NCBI GenBank assembly: GCA_964187785.1
Contig: OZ076409.1
Location: 90,150,001-90,214,000, forward strand
Direction of reading: 5' to 3'
DNA: 64,000 bases
From: Amphiscolops sp. MND2022
Lineage: Eukaryota
Part shown: positions 46,997 to 61,100 of the stretch, one piece after another
How the letters are laid out: every line of letters starts with the position of its first letter
How positions within the stretch are numbered: the first letter of the stretch is position 1
Program-made: the position numbers and the translations under genes
Notes under the pieces: model-generated
The model's input: only the letters and a program-made list of their open reading frames with translations
Told to the model about the DNA's origin: nothing
Databases searched by the model: none

Positions 46997-49900
46997 ATGG
47001 AGGAAGACGATCTTGAAATAGCCATCAAAGTGCTTGTCGTTGGCAACGGAGGAGTGGGCAAGTCTTCCCTGATTCAGCGCTACTGCAAAGGAACATATAC
47101 TGATGGCTACAAAAAGACCATTGGAGTTGATTTCCTGGAAAAGTCATTGGAGTTAGATTTTGCAACATTTCTGTTCTCCTGTTCAGATGTGCACGATGGT
47201 TGTATACAATATGTCTCAAGATGGAATTCACGTCAATCATTACGGAAATTTAATACGGTTGTCATAGAAACCCCATAACACTTGAAAGATGTCACTATGT
47301 AGTGGATCTAGTTTAATAACACCATGTGGTGCTGGATCACTCTTGTGATCTTTATTATTAGTCTTGTGTGGTAAAGTCAAGCACGACTCTATCGAGTTAG
47401 CATTGATAAAAGTACGATAACTGAAAATATGCCTTCCCAGAAGTTATTAAATTAATCATTGTCGCAGCTCAACAGTAATTATACCGCAGGTCGGAATCAC
47501 AATGTTACATCCGAGTGATATTTTGACCGGTGTCCGTTCACTAAACAGAAAGCGTTGCATGCAGAAATCAAATAGTAGTGTGCACTAACCAGAATCATCT
47601 CTGATTGGTTGGAATTCAAAACTAGACTCTAATTTCAGAAAAGTTGTGCTGATTAATTGCGTGATTTACTGTCAACTTTCAAACCCCTCACCACAAAAAC
47701 AGTTAGTTCGAACATAACCAGAGTCAAAAGTTGAAAAAAATAAGCGAAAAACTATTCCCATGGAAGTTAACTTCCCGTTTTGGAAGATTTCTGGTCAGGC
47801 CAGTTTGAAACAATTTTTGAATTTTTCCTTTGAAAAAATGGACCATGTCATCTACCCCCCCCCCTCAGGTACACCTTGTCGGGAATTTCAACCCCTCCCC
47901 CCAACACGAAAGCACATTTTGTACTTGAATAAATATATTTCACTAATAAAAGAATATTATTTGAATGCTTGGACTTAGAGGATTGTCTCTACAACTGTTT
48001 GGACACTTCAGGTTAAAAAAAATGCCATACTTTTTGGATATTAGTGTCCAAAATAGCTTAAATTATTTTATTGGACCAAATTTCAGCGCAAACGATGTCG
48101 ACATAATGGTATTTGAACCTTCTGTCTCATCCCCCCCGCCGCAGTTTGGGGGGATAGATGACATGGTCTGAAATAATTGATGGGGGATAATAAACATGGT
48201 CCGAATTTTATATGGATATAAATACTTAGAGATTATGTCCATTTTTACTGGGGAAATAGAAATTTCACTGGAAGATAATGGAAAATAACAGTTATTCTGG
48301 TTGATGCACAGATAATTCGAATTTCTGCATGCAACGCTTTCTGCTTGGAACACTAGAACCATTTTGACCGAATAATGATGTTATGCAATCCTTATAGAGC
48401 GCGGTGGAGCAATTAGCGTTATTATAATTTGCTTGAATTTATAACGATGACGTTCTAACCGATACACTCTGTATTGATTTTGAGCCTTTTGTTTGATGTG
48501 TTTAGAATCGACGGACAGGAAGTGAAGATGATGCTATGGGACACTGCTGGGCAGGAAGAGTTCGATTCCATCACCAAATCTTATTATCGAGGTCAATTTT
48601 TATTTTTTTGTTGTATTCAGGACGAAAAAGTTCAATTTAAATAATATTCGAAATGTTTTCGTATTCAGGAGCCAATTGCTGCGTTCTGGCGTTTTCTATC
48701 ACTGACAGGTCCTCGTTCGAAGCTGTTGAACGTTGGAAGTCAAAAGTAAGTATCTTTTCAACGAACATCATTCTTTACGCATTGCAAACAATTCGAAATC
48801 CGAAAGCAGTTCTTTTCAGGGACCGTAGTTTTGTTGACCTCTAAAATCGCACAATGAGCGCATAATCGGCCTTCTTCAAGAATGCGCATAATCCAGGTAT
48901 TTTGGGAAGGAATTAAAAAAAGGCAACTTTTGCGCGACTTTATTAACAACTAAAGTCTTAGAGAAATGCAGCATTTGGGTCGCATTCAACTAGTAAAATT
49001 TGACAGTCATTCGTTTCAGTGCGGTCCAAATGCTACAACTTTATTGGGTCAGCAAAAGATTTGATGTTTTTGTACATAAATGCCAGTTTCTTTTTTAGAA
49101 AGGACCAAAATCCATTATTGTGAACGAGCGCATATTTTCCAGAAAATGAGCAAGAGTCTCCAAAATTGCACGATCTGCCATAATTGAGCGCATAAATGAG
49201 CCTATAAATTAGCAATCTTCTGCCCACAAAGCCATGGTCCTGGGTTTTTTCGGTACTTTTCGAATCTTTGTCTTAGTTTGTTTGCTCTATAGGTGACCGA
49301 CCAATGTGGCGGAAGTGTTTGCATGGTGATTGTACAGAACAAAATGGATTTGCTCGAATCTGATGGTGCAGATGATGGTAATTTCGTGACCTCGTAAGTT
49401 GAAATTTATGATTGGCTCATTTGAAAAACTACTCGAAAAGTTCCTGTTCTCTTGAAAAAGTAGTTTTTAGTTTTCTCAGAATTTTCAGAAAACAGAGTGA
49501 GCATATTTGATAGACTTTATTGGGATTTCAAGGTGAGTTTCATACCTAACCCCTCGTGTATATTCGAGCCTCAAGTGGGGCGCCGACTTATGCAGTTCTC
49601 GGTTTGTTTCAATTACTGTTAAATATTGATTGAAAAGGGATATACCCTATCGGTGAAATTCACTGGGTATGTATTTTTTTCTGCTAAATCCAAAAATTGC
49701 AAAAATTGTTCACAGAAATCACCACGGAATTTAAGAAATCATCACGGAATTTAGGTAGATACTTCTCGAAGTTTGAGAAACAAAAAAATTCGTTCAGTTT
49801 TGAGCTCTTTAACTAAAATAAATATTCAGACGTTCTCGCAAATGTTGAACTATCGCTGAGCTTTACTGTTTATCTATTTTAATATGGGCACCCCTTGAGT

Positions 49901-52282
49901 ATTTAGAGGACCCTGGAGCAGTTTAGGTGTGAATTCTAATCATATATTTTGTTTCAGAGAGGAAGGAGAAGAATTGGCCAAACGCCTGAAAATGAGACTG
50001 CATCGAATTTCTGTGAAGCAGAACGAAGGAGTGGGGCCAGGTTAATATGGCTTTAGAGCATGGGAATTCCATTCACGGGTTCCGGTTTTGAAATGGAAAT
50101 AGTTGCCTCCTTTAAAGAATAATCTCTTGTGAAATAAAGACGATAGAGTTGATGAAATGAAAGTTTCCAGTTACTAGCTACTGGGCAGAAATATTGAGTG
50201 AATTATTCGATGATTCAGTAAAATTAAGAATTGTCACCACATACCAAGTTTTGCGTTATTTATGTCTCTGGAAGGGTTTTGTCTAGTTTTTAGCCATTCC
50301 CTTCGTTGCCATGAAGTGTAAATAACCAATTTTAACCTACCAATTCAATCGAAAGTCTCAGAAGACCTTATTTGGCTAAAGAAAAGTTTGTTGTGAAGTA
50401 CTTTTTGCCCCAAGAATCTGAGTTGAATGGCAAATTTTGCATTGTACTAAATTCATACTTTCCACTTTTATTCCGAATAATTCGTATTTTTACACTTGCG
50501 ATAAGCAAGTGTTATGGGAAAGTGCGGGTGCTTTTTTTTCCGCGCGACAAGTCTCTGATTTCACGCAGCAACTCGCACGCGTTCGTGGTCTAGTGGTAAG
50601 ATGCTTGCTTTTCAACCCAGAGGTTTCGTGTTCGAACCCGTGGGTATGCGCTAATTTTTTTACAAGTATTCCGAAGCAGAAGGTTCTGACTTTTTTCGGC
50701 ACTATGAGACTTTTCGGCTTTGTGAGACTTTTTTTCGGCTTTGTGAGACTTTTTTTTCGAAATTTTTTAAATGTCCCCAAAGAGTCCTCCTTTCAATTTT
50801 TTTGATATTTTGCAAGAGAACGAATGTTAAAAAATCGCAAAGGGTCCCTTTTTTCAGAATTTTCGGCACTATGAGACTGTTCAAAATTCTAATTTTTTTT
50901 CAATAATTTTTTAGACTCCCTTATTTTTTTTCAAAAATTTTTTAATGTCCCCAAAGCGTCCTCCTTTCAATTTTTTGATATCTTGCAACAGAACGAATGT
51001 TATGAAATCCTAAAGGGTCCCTTTTTCACATTTTTCGGCACTATGCGACTTAGCGGAAACTTCAAAAAAATTCGAACGATCTTTTTTCTATGCGACTTTT
51101 TTAAAATTTGTTTTCACCGAAGCCCCTGCTCAATTTTTACAAGAAACGAAACGTTTTGCGAGAGGACTCCTCAAGGCTTTGCGACTTACCGGCGGAGACC
51201 ATCAAAAATGTTTTCGAAAAATTTTGAAATTTTTTTTCTTCTATTTTCTGTTTAAGGTTTTCCGTTGAGAAAGAATGGGTTTTTTGCTGTTTTCAGTTGG
51301 GGAAGAATGGTTTTCGAGACTTACGCGTATCCCTTCGGGTATTTTTTGGCGCTGTAAAATTGATGAAATTTTAATCTCCTTTTACCCTTGGTTTTCCGTA
51401 TGATATTGCTTATTTGGTTTTCTTCAAAAGTTCGCAAGTGTTTGCGAAGCACGGCTTCGCCTCTGTGTTGAATAATTAATTGAATAAGTTAATTGAAAAA
51501 TTTAACAACCGTGGGAAGTTTAATTTTGGAACAAGATTGATTAGTATTTTCTTTGGAAATTCGTATTTTGTTGTTTCAGTGTTCGAACACTTGTGTGCGA
51601 AATATCTAAGCAATTTGAAGAAGGAGAAGAAGGAAGCACAGCAAGTTTCTTCCGGCTCAATTGCATCCACTGAAATGGGTTAGAATAATTACATCCGTAC
51701 ACGGGGATTAATTAGCCCCGCTGATCAAATAAAATTCGCATTTACGGTACATGCATTTACGGTAGTGTTCTAAAATAACGAAACTCTTATGCTCAAAAAA
51801 GCTTCAAAGTTCAAATTTCTTGGAAACAGTGTATGTATGCTCGATACGGAAATTTGCAAAGTTTCACAATGTGCGTGCGAATAAAATTTCATCCATATTC
51901 AATCGGATGCTCATGGCTAAATTCTTGAAATTTCCAAGAGCTGGTTGAAAGATGGCGAGTTTCTTGAAAGCTTTGTGCCGAAGAATTCAGTTTTCAGGAA
52001 TTTAGTTCCTTTTATGTTGAAACCGTCTAACTCGTACAATGAAATCCCATGATAATCTAAATCAAAAAGATGTTAAATCTTGGAGAATTTTGGTTGATAA
52101 TGATCCCAATTTCAGGCATGTTCAGCACGACCATAGCTCAAACTTCCAGCTCTAACCAGAACGGAACCGCGGCCGATGAGTCTGATGGTAAAAGTCACAA
52201 CGCCAACAACACGATTAACTTAAAACCAAGCAAAACGCGGGCCAAAGCAAAAAAGAGGTCGTCAGGCTGTGTTATTCTGTGA
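46997..52282 (+). CDS. RAB23: Ras-related protein Rab-23; 7 coding exons: 46997-47151, 48506-48591, 48669-48745, 49293-49393, 49958-50040, 51580-51678, 52116-52282
   Basis: [72 protein letters not shown] and C-terminal GCVIL; all introns GT-AG and in phase. Confidence 0.93.
50520..51470 (+). repeat. Family A-like repeat with an embedded tRNA-derived segment (~50577-50650), in Rab23 intron 5
   Basis: GTGGTCTAGTGGTAAG A box and GTTCGAACC B box, followed by TTTTCGGCACTATGAGACT / GGGTCCC arrays. Confidence 0.6.
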
Positions 52283-54122
52283 GTTTATAGCCACCCCAGG
52301 AAAATTTCTACTTCCGAAGTTACAGTTTCTTTGAATTTTCAAGCGTGTCGGCAGTTTCTTTTTTAAGAGGTTCTTTATTGCAAACATCCGGTCATGTTTT
52401 TAAAGAATTCTGGTGCAGTATGTGCAGTAAGGGTACGAATTAATCTTTTGAATGGTACAGAATCTGCAGAATGTGCCTTTCTTTCAAGTTCTTCCTGTCT
52501 GATAACCAAGCTGTCACTGTTAACTCTGTAAATGGTAAGTGTAAATTATGTAATTATCCAATCCCTCATGTACAGTCTACAACATAGGGTAGTCGTGATT
52601 TTAGCCGCTCGATGATATAACCGAATGCTGGTAATATAGAACAATTTGCATGCATTGACTTTCATTTACTCTGACCGGTTGCAAAGTTTCATAATACAAT
52701 CAGTGGTTAAGAAGTCATCCCCGGGCGATTTTAGACTCGATTACTGAATTTTAGGGAAAATAACTGAAGTATTCTTTCTGCTGAACAGTTTTCAATTGGT
52801 TGATGAATAAAATAAACAATTTTTCAAATAAACAATTTCAATTGGTTGATAACGCTCAGCACGGGGACGATTTCTTAATCACAGTGCCGTATTTTCATCA
52901 TATAAAGTTCACTGTCGAACGGAGCAACCAATCACAATTGAGAAGTTACTTCGTTTCAGCTATAAATTTTTCTGCTTTATTATCGAGCGGCTATACTCCC
53001 TATCACCATTTCCATAGCATTGCTACTAGGTTTTGTGGTCAAGTATCATGGTGCTCTTTGCTATGAACCAAGACGTCTCTTCTGGCAACCGACCAACTTT
53101 ACGAAGGTGCTACTTCTGAAACACTAAAAGTTGTTTACTTGGCAGGATCGAAAACAAAATCAGTTCAAAAACGTTCATTTTTCGAAACTCTAAAACATTG
53201 GATTTCCAAATCTGTACGTTGCACTTAGTTTACCTTTTTGAATTGTTTCCAGGATTCCTTGAAATAACAGATACGCATGGATGTTTTGATTTGGAAGCCG
53301 CTTCGATGCGTTGTCCTGGGAAAATGATTCACTTGTTACTCGCTCAGTTTTTTTTTCGTTTTGAACGATGGTAGTGTACAGCGAACTGTTCATATGGAAA
53401 AAAATGTTTTCTCCTGCTCAGTTGTAAACTTCGCATCATATCACTGCACAACTTCGCTGCTTTTCTATCCCAAGTACCCTCTAAACTTTGTATAATTCAG
53501 ATCAATTTCGATAAAATTCGAAAGCTGTGTATCTGCAAATAAGCAAATGTATAATAGTGTTATGTATATGCACCATGCAAGCGTTCCAGTCTATTCCATC
53601 TTTTGATATCTCGAATAATTTCGTATCTCATTTTCAATTGAATTTAATTTGTTCATTTCTTAAGCCTTTCAATTATTTGCAACTTGTTGCTTGAGAAACG
53701 CATAACGGCGATTGTTGCTTCAGTTTGGCTTTTGAAAGACTATTGAAAACTTGCAAAAGAAGCTACAACAAAATGGAATTGTTGAAGTTCATAACTCCCG
53801 CGTCTGGAAAATTCGGCGAGGAGCATCCAGAGTTTTCTCGATTCCACATGGTTGAGTGATGTTGTTTCCACATGAATTCATGACTGTAGGTCCCGTAGGG
53901 TAAACTTTCAGTTTCAATGGGCCAGAATAATTATAATTTGTCAATATTCAAAACGTGAGATGGAAGAAATTCCCTTCTCTGCTTACTTGGAGCGCTTCCA
54001 TTTTTTGAACTTGGCTAAACATGAACTCGGTAGAAAAATTTGCGTTCGTCGAGAATCGAAAAAAGTATTGGCCCTAGCTGAAACCCATAATAAAATAGGA
54101 TATTTGAGCCTCGTCAAGTGGA

Positions 54123-57100
54123 ACAAGACGGGAACGTCTAATGTCGGCGCTATACCTAAGGCTCAAAAAGCGCAGTTTTCAAAATATGCCCAGTAAGTTT
54201 TCATGGAAAACTCAAGAAAAATTGAAAAAAACGCATAAAAGGGTGCCTTTCGTGCTCGGAAAACGCTTCCAAAGTTCGGAAATAGCGTGCTGGGACAAAT
54301 GGGAGCGGTTGTTTTCGAGCCTCCGCCTCCTCCTTAGTATAACGCACTATAGTTCGGATATAACATAAAACTTCGGATCTAGTGCAATATTTTTGAACCT
54401 CCACCTCCAAACTTCGGATATTATTGAAAAAAATTATTGGTGGATATCTATTGAGAAAACTCAATATCAGACAACCAAGCCGGGACCGGCCCAAGTCGGC
54501 GACATACGTAAGGCTCCAAAATAGTAAAAGGACTTCAAAGTGTCAAAGTATTCTCTTCTACAGTACCTGAAAAACCCAAAAAGTTCGACCGAATTGGTGC
54601 ACCGCGGGCCCACTACCGGGCTACCGGCGCGCTAAAAGGGGGACCCTTTCGCTTTTTTTAACATCCATTGTTGAAAACCTCAAAAAATTGAAGAGGGGCC
54701 CTTTGGTGGAAAAAAAATTCCGAGAGAGTCTCACAATGCCGAAAAAAACTGAAAGGCGGAACCCTTTGCGATTTTTAACATCCATTCTGTCGCAAAACAT
54801 CAAAAAATTGAAGAAGGGACCCTTTGGGGAATTTTTTTTTGAAAACTCTCACAATGCCGAAAAAACCGAAAGGGGGACCCTTTAGTCTCTCCCGGTGTTG
54901 TATGTTACGCGGAAAAAGAGAAAACTATTTTGGTTCAGTTCGCTAAGCCAAATGATTCATTTTGGGACCATAAAATTTCGTAGAACTTTTAAGAACTATT
55001 TTGGTCAGTTCGTGTGGATTGAAAAAATTTCAAAAAAAGTGAAAATAAATGAGAGTTTTGAAGTCTCATAGTGCCAAAAATGTTAAAGGGGGACCATTGG
55101 GATTTTTTAACATTCGTGCTGTTGCAGAAAATTGAAAAAATTGAAGGGGGCCCTTAGGAGACATTAAAAAATTTCCGAAAAAAGTCTCACGGCTGAAAAA
55201 AATTGGAAGGGGACCCTTTAGTCTCGTTCGGTTTGGTATGTTATGTTGAAAAAGGAAAACATGAAAAGGGGCCTTTGCACTAAGTTTCAACTGGCCGGTT
55301 TAGTAGCTTCTGTAAAAAGTTGACTTTCAGTGTGAAGAGTCGGGCGTTTTTAAGAGGTTCGTCTGAAAAGGTAAGAAAATGGAACTCGGGACCACATTTT
55401 GATAATTTTGCCGATAGTACCCTTTACAGCAAAATATAGCATATAAAACTCAAAGGTGTAACTTCAAGAAATGGACCGACTAACTGAGGTCACTCAGTGA
55501 CTTTACGGGGAATTTCCTTGAATATTCAGTCATTTTCTGTTTATTAAAAGTCGTTGCTGCATAATTTGACCTTTGTATCACCAAACGTTTCAATGTTTTC
55601 GACCTGATTGTTTTGTTCGCTTTAACTTGATCAAGTTCACCCACAAGGTTGGGCTCATCGAACGAACTATTGAATTGAAGATATCTGAAACATCTTTCGT
55701 GGGACTAACTAAAGAAGACAACCAAAAACGTATTCAGAGAATGAATTCTAACAGCTTTCAGAAGCATGTAATTAAAGGAAGACCGAAATTTTGTCGCCAG
55801 AAATTCGATCGTGAGGAGTTTCATCGTATTAGCAAATCCAGAAATTCTGTCGTCGAAAACCTCGCCATATTTTCAATCGGCGGATTATAAAGTGAAAGGC
55901 GACTATAGTGACTTTTCGTAGTTTTTTTTCAATACGATCGAAGTGATTAAATACAATCTACGAAGATATACTACACGCCTGATATCTGAAGGGGTCCAGC
56001 GTTTCTCGAAAAGAGCCCCTTTCGATTTTTTCGGCTTTGTGTGACTTTTTCGAAAGTTTTCAAATGTCTCAAAAGGGTCCCCTCAATTTTTCAATATTTT
56101 GCGACAAATTGGATGTGATAAAAGCCCAAGGAGTCTCCAATTTCACATTTTTTGGCATTTTGAAATTTTTCAGAAAAAAAGTATATTCTTCGTCTAAAAG
56201 CTTGGTCTTTTTCATTTTTTTAGACCGCGAACTGACAGATTTTTTCTTTGAGCATTTCTAAATGTTAGTAACTTCTCTCTTCCGATAGGCTTTGTGGTTA
56301 ACGCGAATTTCCTGTCCCGGTGGCGAGGTTTGAGGAGGAGTACGTGGGTTCGAGTCTCGCACTAAACCCAGAAATGTTTGTAGTTAGTACGGGGGAGACC
56401 AAATGACCCTTAATTTTTTGGCACTGTCCAACTTTTTCCAAAAATTTCTTCAATCGAAGTGCCCCCTTGTTTTGCGAGGATAGATGGCCACGTTCGTTTT
56501 TTTCAACACAATACGATTTCCAAAAATCCACTTTTTTTCCAATTTTTGAAGTTTTCTGAGAGGAAAACACTTTTCGAGGTCCAAAGAGTTTTCACAAAAT
56601 TCATTGGTCATGTTTTTGGTCCTTTGGGACGGATGAGAGTTTTCTCAGTGACTGTGGAAATGGCCTACGGTATTTTTCGAAACTAGGTGATTTTTTTCAA
56701 AAATGTGTTTTAATTTTCATAGTGTACCCCCTTCACTTTCATTATTTTCAGCTGGAAAAATCATTTGGCGAGCTTAAAGCTCCCTTTTCAGCACTATGAC
56801 ACTTTTCCCGACAATAACTTTTGAAAAATTCCAAAATGGGTCTTTGTTGTTTCCAGTTGGGAACAAGTGGTGTTCGAGTCTAAGCGTATCTCCGGGTATT
56901 TTTCGGCACTGGGAAATAGATAAACTTTTAACAACATTGTCACAAATGCACATTGCACGGTGCTTTGCATTTTAAAAAACTTAGTCTTTCAAACTAGAGC
57001 GAGGCGCTGACTAGGTCCGTTCCCGGCTTGTTTAATGTTAGAAAATAGCCTTTCTCTGTCCAAAGGATCCAGTTTTCTGCTTTTTCAGCACTATGCGAGT

Positions 57101-57320
57101 CTGTAGGAATTTTTATCCACGGAAGCGTTCTCGCTTTGGATTTCTTGATGTTTTGACTTTTAAGTACAGAATTGCCAAGCACAAAGTGTATTTCCTTTCG
57201 AATATTTTTGGCAGTGAGTTTTTCAGGTCTTTAAAAATAACATTTCCTAATCACCGTGAAGTACTTTTCGCATAGTTATCCTTGAGTGCGGCGTCGACCA
57301 ATGCCAATCCCGGCTGGTGA
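54123..57320. repeat. Cluster of family A Helentron-type repeats on both strands
   Basis: Inverted 3' ends at 54123 and 54473 (acaaccaagccgggaccggcccaagtcggcg), a forward end at ~57000-57032, and GGGGACCC / GTGCCGAAAA arrays. Confidence 0.6.
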
Positions 57321-58183
57321 AATCAACAGCGTCTACTGATAGATACCAATTCAATTATTGAAGAATTTAATCATTGAATTGAAATTTTAAGAACAATTTT
57401 TAATTGGACACCTCCATTAGCTAAAATGTTTGAATCTTGCAAATTGAAATCTAGGTTAAACACTAGACGAAAATCTCTTGTTAAATTCTAAATTAGAGAT
57501 TGAGTAACGTGATTAATTGCGTTCGCATGCCGATAATGCCCTTGATGCAGGAAGGAAGCGAAGTGATATACCACTACTGGTCCAGCGCTTTGCTTTAACG
57601 AAGGCCGACCTGGCTAATAGCGATTCCATAATTAGTAGATTTTGGTAGAATACACCAATATTGCATTGAACAATGCGTGAAAGTAATGCGTAAGAAAATC
57701 TATGATGAGAAAATCTACGATGGATGATATTCTTCAAGTTAAAAATTAACTGCACAATTAACAATAAAAACTTAGCGACATAATTATATAGAACGTAACT
57801 ATGGAACGTAACGGACGACGATGGAACGGTAACTATGGAACGTAACGGATCCACTTTTTTTTCGGCACTGAGCTTCTTCAGAACTTTCATGAATACAGCC
57901 TTTCAGCATATCTGAAGAACTTAGCTCTTTTCGGGCCTTCACCGAGCGCCGACTTGAGACATTCCCGTCTTGTTTGTCTATTTTCTACAAAATTCTACTA
58001 CAAAAACTTTGAAGTCATTTTCATCTGGAATTTAAAAATCCTCATCCATACACAACTTCGAACTACTTTTCTCAGCAGTGTCAGAGAAAAGTTACACTTG
58101 TATCTTGTATACACATTTGTAAACTTTTCAAGCACTCAATTGTCAAAACGGTATTTTTTAGATATTAGCAATGTGAGTGAAAA

Positions 58184-61100
58184 ATGTTTTTTGCTTTGTA
58201 TTTGGCTGTATGTGCGTTGGGCGGCATTGAAGCAACTTTACAAACAAGCTCCTGCACCCTTACCACAGTGCCTTCGAGTTTGACCTTGGGCTCTCAAGAA
58301 AATGTGCTCATCGACTGCTCTGTCGTTAATTCAGGATCTGCAGATCAACCTTTTTACCTCCTCCTGAGTGCACCGCAGGATGTTCCGCGTGAGTTGTTAA
58401 TTAATTAAGCATTCGAAAACCGTCCTGTTCTGAGGTGAACATGAAAGTCATCGATCGTGGCTTTTCTGAGCCGGTTTTTGACTCTATTTCCACTGTTCGG
58501 TAGTGTGTAGCGATCGGTAGTGTGTAGCGATGTAAAAAGAAAGCTTTGAAAAGAAAAAAAACATTTTTGAAGGTTATTTGAATCAGGGTTTTGACATGGC
58601 TAATTTTTTTCTAAACCGCTGATTTCAAATTCGCTATTTCGCCGAAAAAGTTTTTCTTCAAACTATTAAATGTATTCAAGTATATTTTAAAATTGATTCA
58701 TAACTTAATTCGGTTTTTTGGGGAAAGAACCTGAATTTTTCACACTGAGTGCGTTTTACCAAGGTAAAAATTGGAATTTTCGAAGATCTTTTTGAAAGCC
58801 CGTGTATACTTTTGGCAAAATTGATTTTGGACATTCTATTAGTCACCGCTATTTTGAATCGTCAATGAAGTCGCTGAAAAGTTCATGTGCGTTCGCTAAA
58901 TCGCTTATTAGTGGTGTCAAACTGAATTTGGTCAGTATGCTAATCAGCTTTTTATTCAGGGGGTCTTCTCTCGTACCCGTGTTCGAGTTCAGTTTGCCCT
59001 CAGCCAGCCATCAACGTTTCTATCACAGCTTCTTCACAGTTGGTTCCCAAGCCTCAACTTAAAACGGGGCTTGCAAGCGAAGGAGTGTTAGCCGTGTTTG
59101 AAGGCGTTGTTACTGCTTCAAGCACTTTATCGACTCAAGTGCAAGGCAACTTGTATGTCGGGAATCTTTACGTTTCCGATACTTCTGATCTCACCCTGTC
59201 AGTGTATATCAAAGAATCCCTGTCTTCCTCTACTGCTCTGGCTGAAAAAGACGCAACTATCCAAGTCTCGGAAGTTCCTTCTCTCAGTTCGCTAGGTACC
59301 TTGAGAAGTGGAAGATATTTGCGCATTGGTGAAAATGATCGAGTCACTTTCACAACCACAGCTACTCCTTCCAGTAGCAACACCAACCCAAGTGTCATTG
59401 AAATGTGTTAGTAATTTTGGTTGATCTGAAAAACCTTATTCGGTATGAATCTTAGCTTTTCAGAAGATTTTAAAATTCAGAATTATATAAGGATCAAAGC
59501 ATATATCACAACCAAAACAGTAAAAAATGAAATTCGGCGTTGCCGTGGTAAACCTACGACCTGCTTAGAAACGTCATCTAAAACGCGTGCCTTGCCTTAA
59601 AATTGCGAAAATTGTTGAAAAACTGGCAAAAGCTTGTTTGAACCGGCGACCTTCTGTCCAGAAGCATCGCAAGTTGTAGTTCTAAATTTTCGTGATAGTT
59701 TTTATAACTTCCGCCAGTGTTCATTTTCTCCTGAAAAACGACGGAAAACCTCGATTTTTTATAGCGCGGACTAAAAATGTTTTTGAAATTCTGTCGCTTT
59801 CAGAAAGTTCAGACAGCAGTTGTGACTTTTTATTAGTCGGCGCTTTTCGAAGAAAAACGCAGACTATAGTAGTGACTTTTTTTTAAAGACCAACGAACTG
59901 ACAGATTTTATAAATTTTATAAGTAAGCACTAACACTACTGTCTGGCACTAACATTATCTGGCACTAACACTAAACCACACTGGCATAAAGGTTACGGCT
60001 TTTTGAGGTCTGCCAAGCGGAAGGACATGGGTTCGAGTCCCGCCCTTGACCAATTTTTTTGTGTAGATTTTTTTCGGCTTTGTGAGACTTTTTCGCCGAA
60101 GGGTCCACCCTTCATTTTTTCCTATTTTGCAAAAGAATGGATGTTGAAAAACAGCCAAAGGGCCCCTTTTACATTTTTCGGTACAATGCGACTTACCAGA
60201 AACTTCAAAAAAAATCGAAAATTTTTTGGAAATTTTTTTTGGGTACTGTAGAGGAGAGTACTTGACACTTTGAAGTCCTTTTGCTATTTTTGAGCCTTAG
60301 ATATGGCGCCGACTTGGGCCGTTCCCGGCTTGTTTTATTACTTCTGTTTTAGCAGGAAAATTATTGAAATCTCAAAATGTCTACTTTTTTCAGTACAATT
60401 CTTGGCACGATACTGAATATTCAGATATTTTGTTCGGCAATGACTATAAGCGTAAGAATTAAATTTCTCAAGCTGCCGACGTCAATTCAATTCGCGATAG
60501 AACGAGCGAGTGGTAATAATGCATTCGTAAGCTGACGTCATTGAGATGAAGCGAGCGAATGTTCGTAATTGTGCTTTCGTTGCGCCGAGTTATTGAGATG
60601 AAGCGAATGAGTGTTAATTATACTTTCGCGGAGAGCTTCGCCTGCATTCAAATATATATTTGCTTTAGTCCGAGATTTACTACTATTACTACTAAAAGAC
60701 TGAATTGATTCTAGAAAGAAATACTTGATATTTACATGTACAGATTTTTTTAACAAGAGATTTAAAGGCGGTATAAACTGGTACAGTGCTTAATTGTGCG
60801 CTAAATAATGATTAAAAAGGAGTGTATTGGTATTCAGATATGATTCTATTATTAATGAAAGATTAAAGCAGAAATAGTAGTGTGCCCCGGAGGGGCCTAT
60901 TTTCAGATCAAATTTAATGAATTTCTACATTTTTTTGTCCCTTCACCTGGCCTAGTACTCAGTGTGTGCTTCAGAAAGGGGTCGCCGGTTAAATTCCCGT
61001 GTTTCAACTTCCCGTGTGTTGGCAAAACTAGGCGACACCCAATTTTTTTTGTTTTTGAAGCTGTTACGCGGTATTATATTGTTTCTGCTTTAGCAGGAAT

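Noticed and set aside
50372..57890. Many 60-125-aa K/F-rich ORFs
   Set aside because: Chance frames, mostly in low-complexity family A repeats; only the Rab23 exons are supported.
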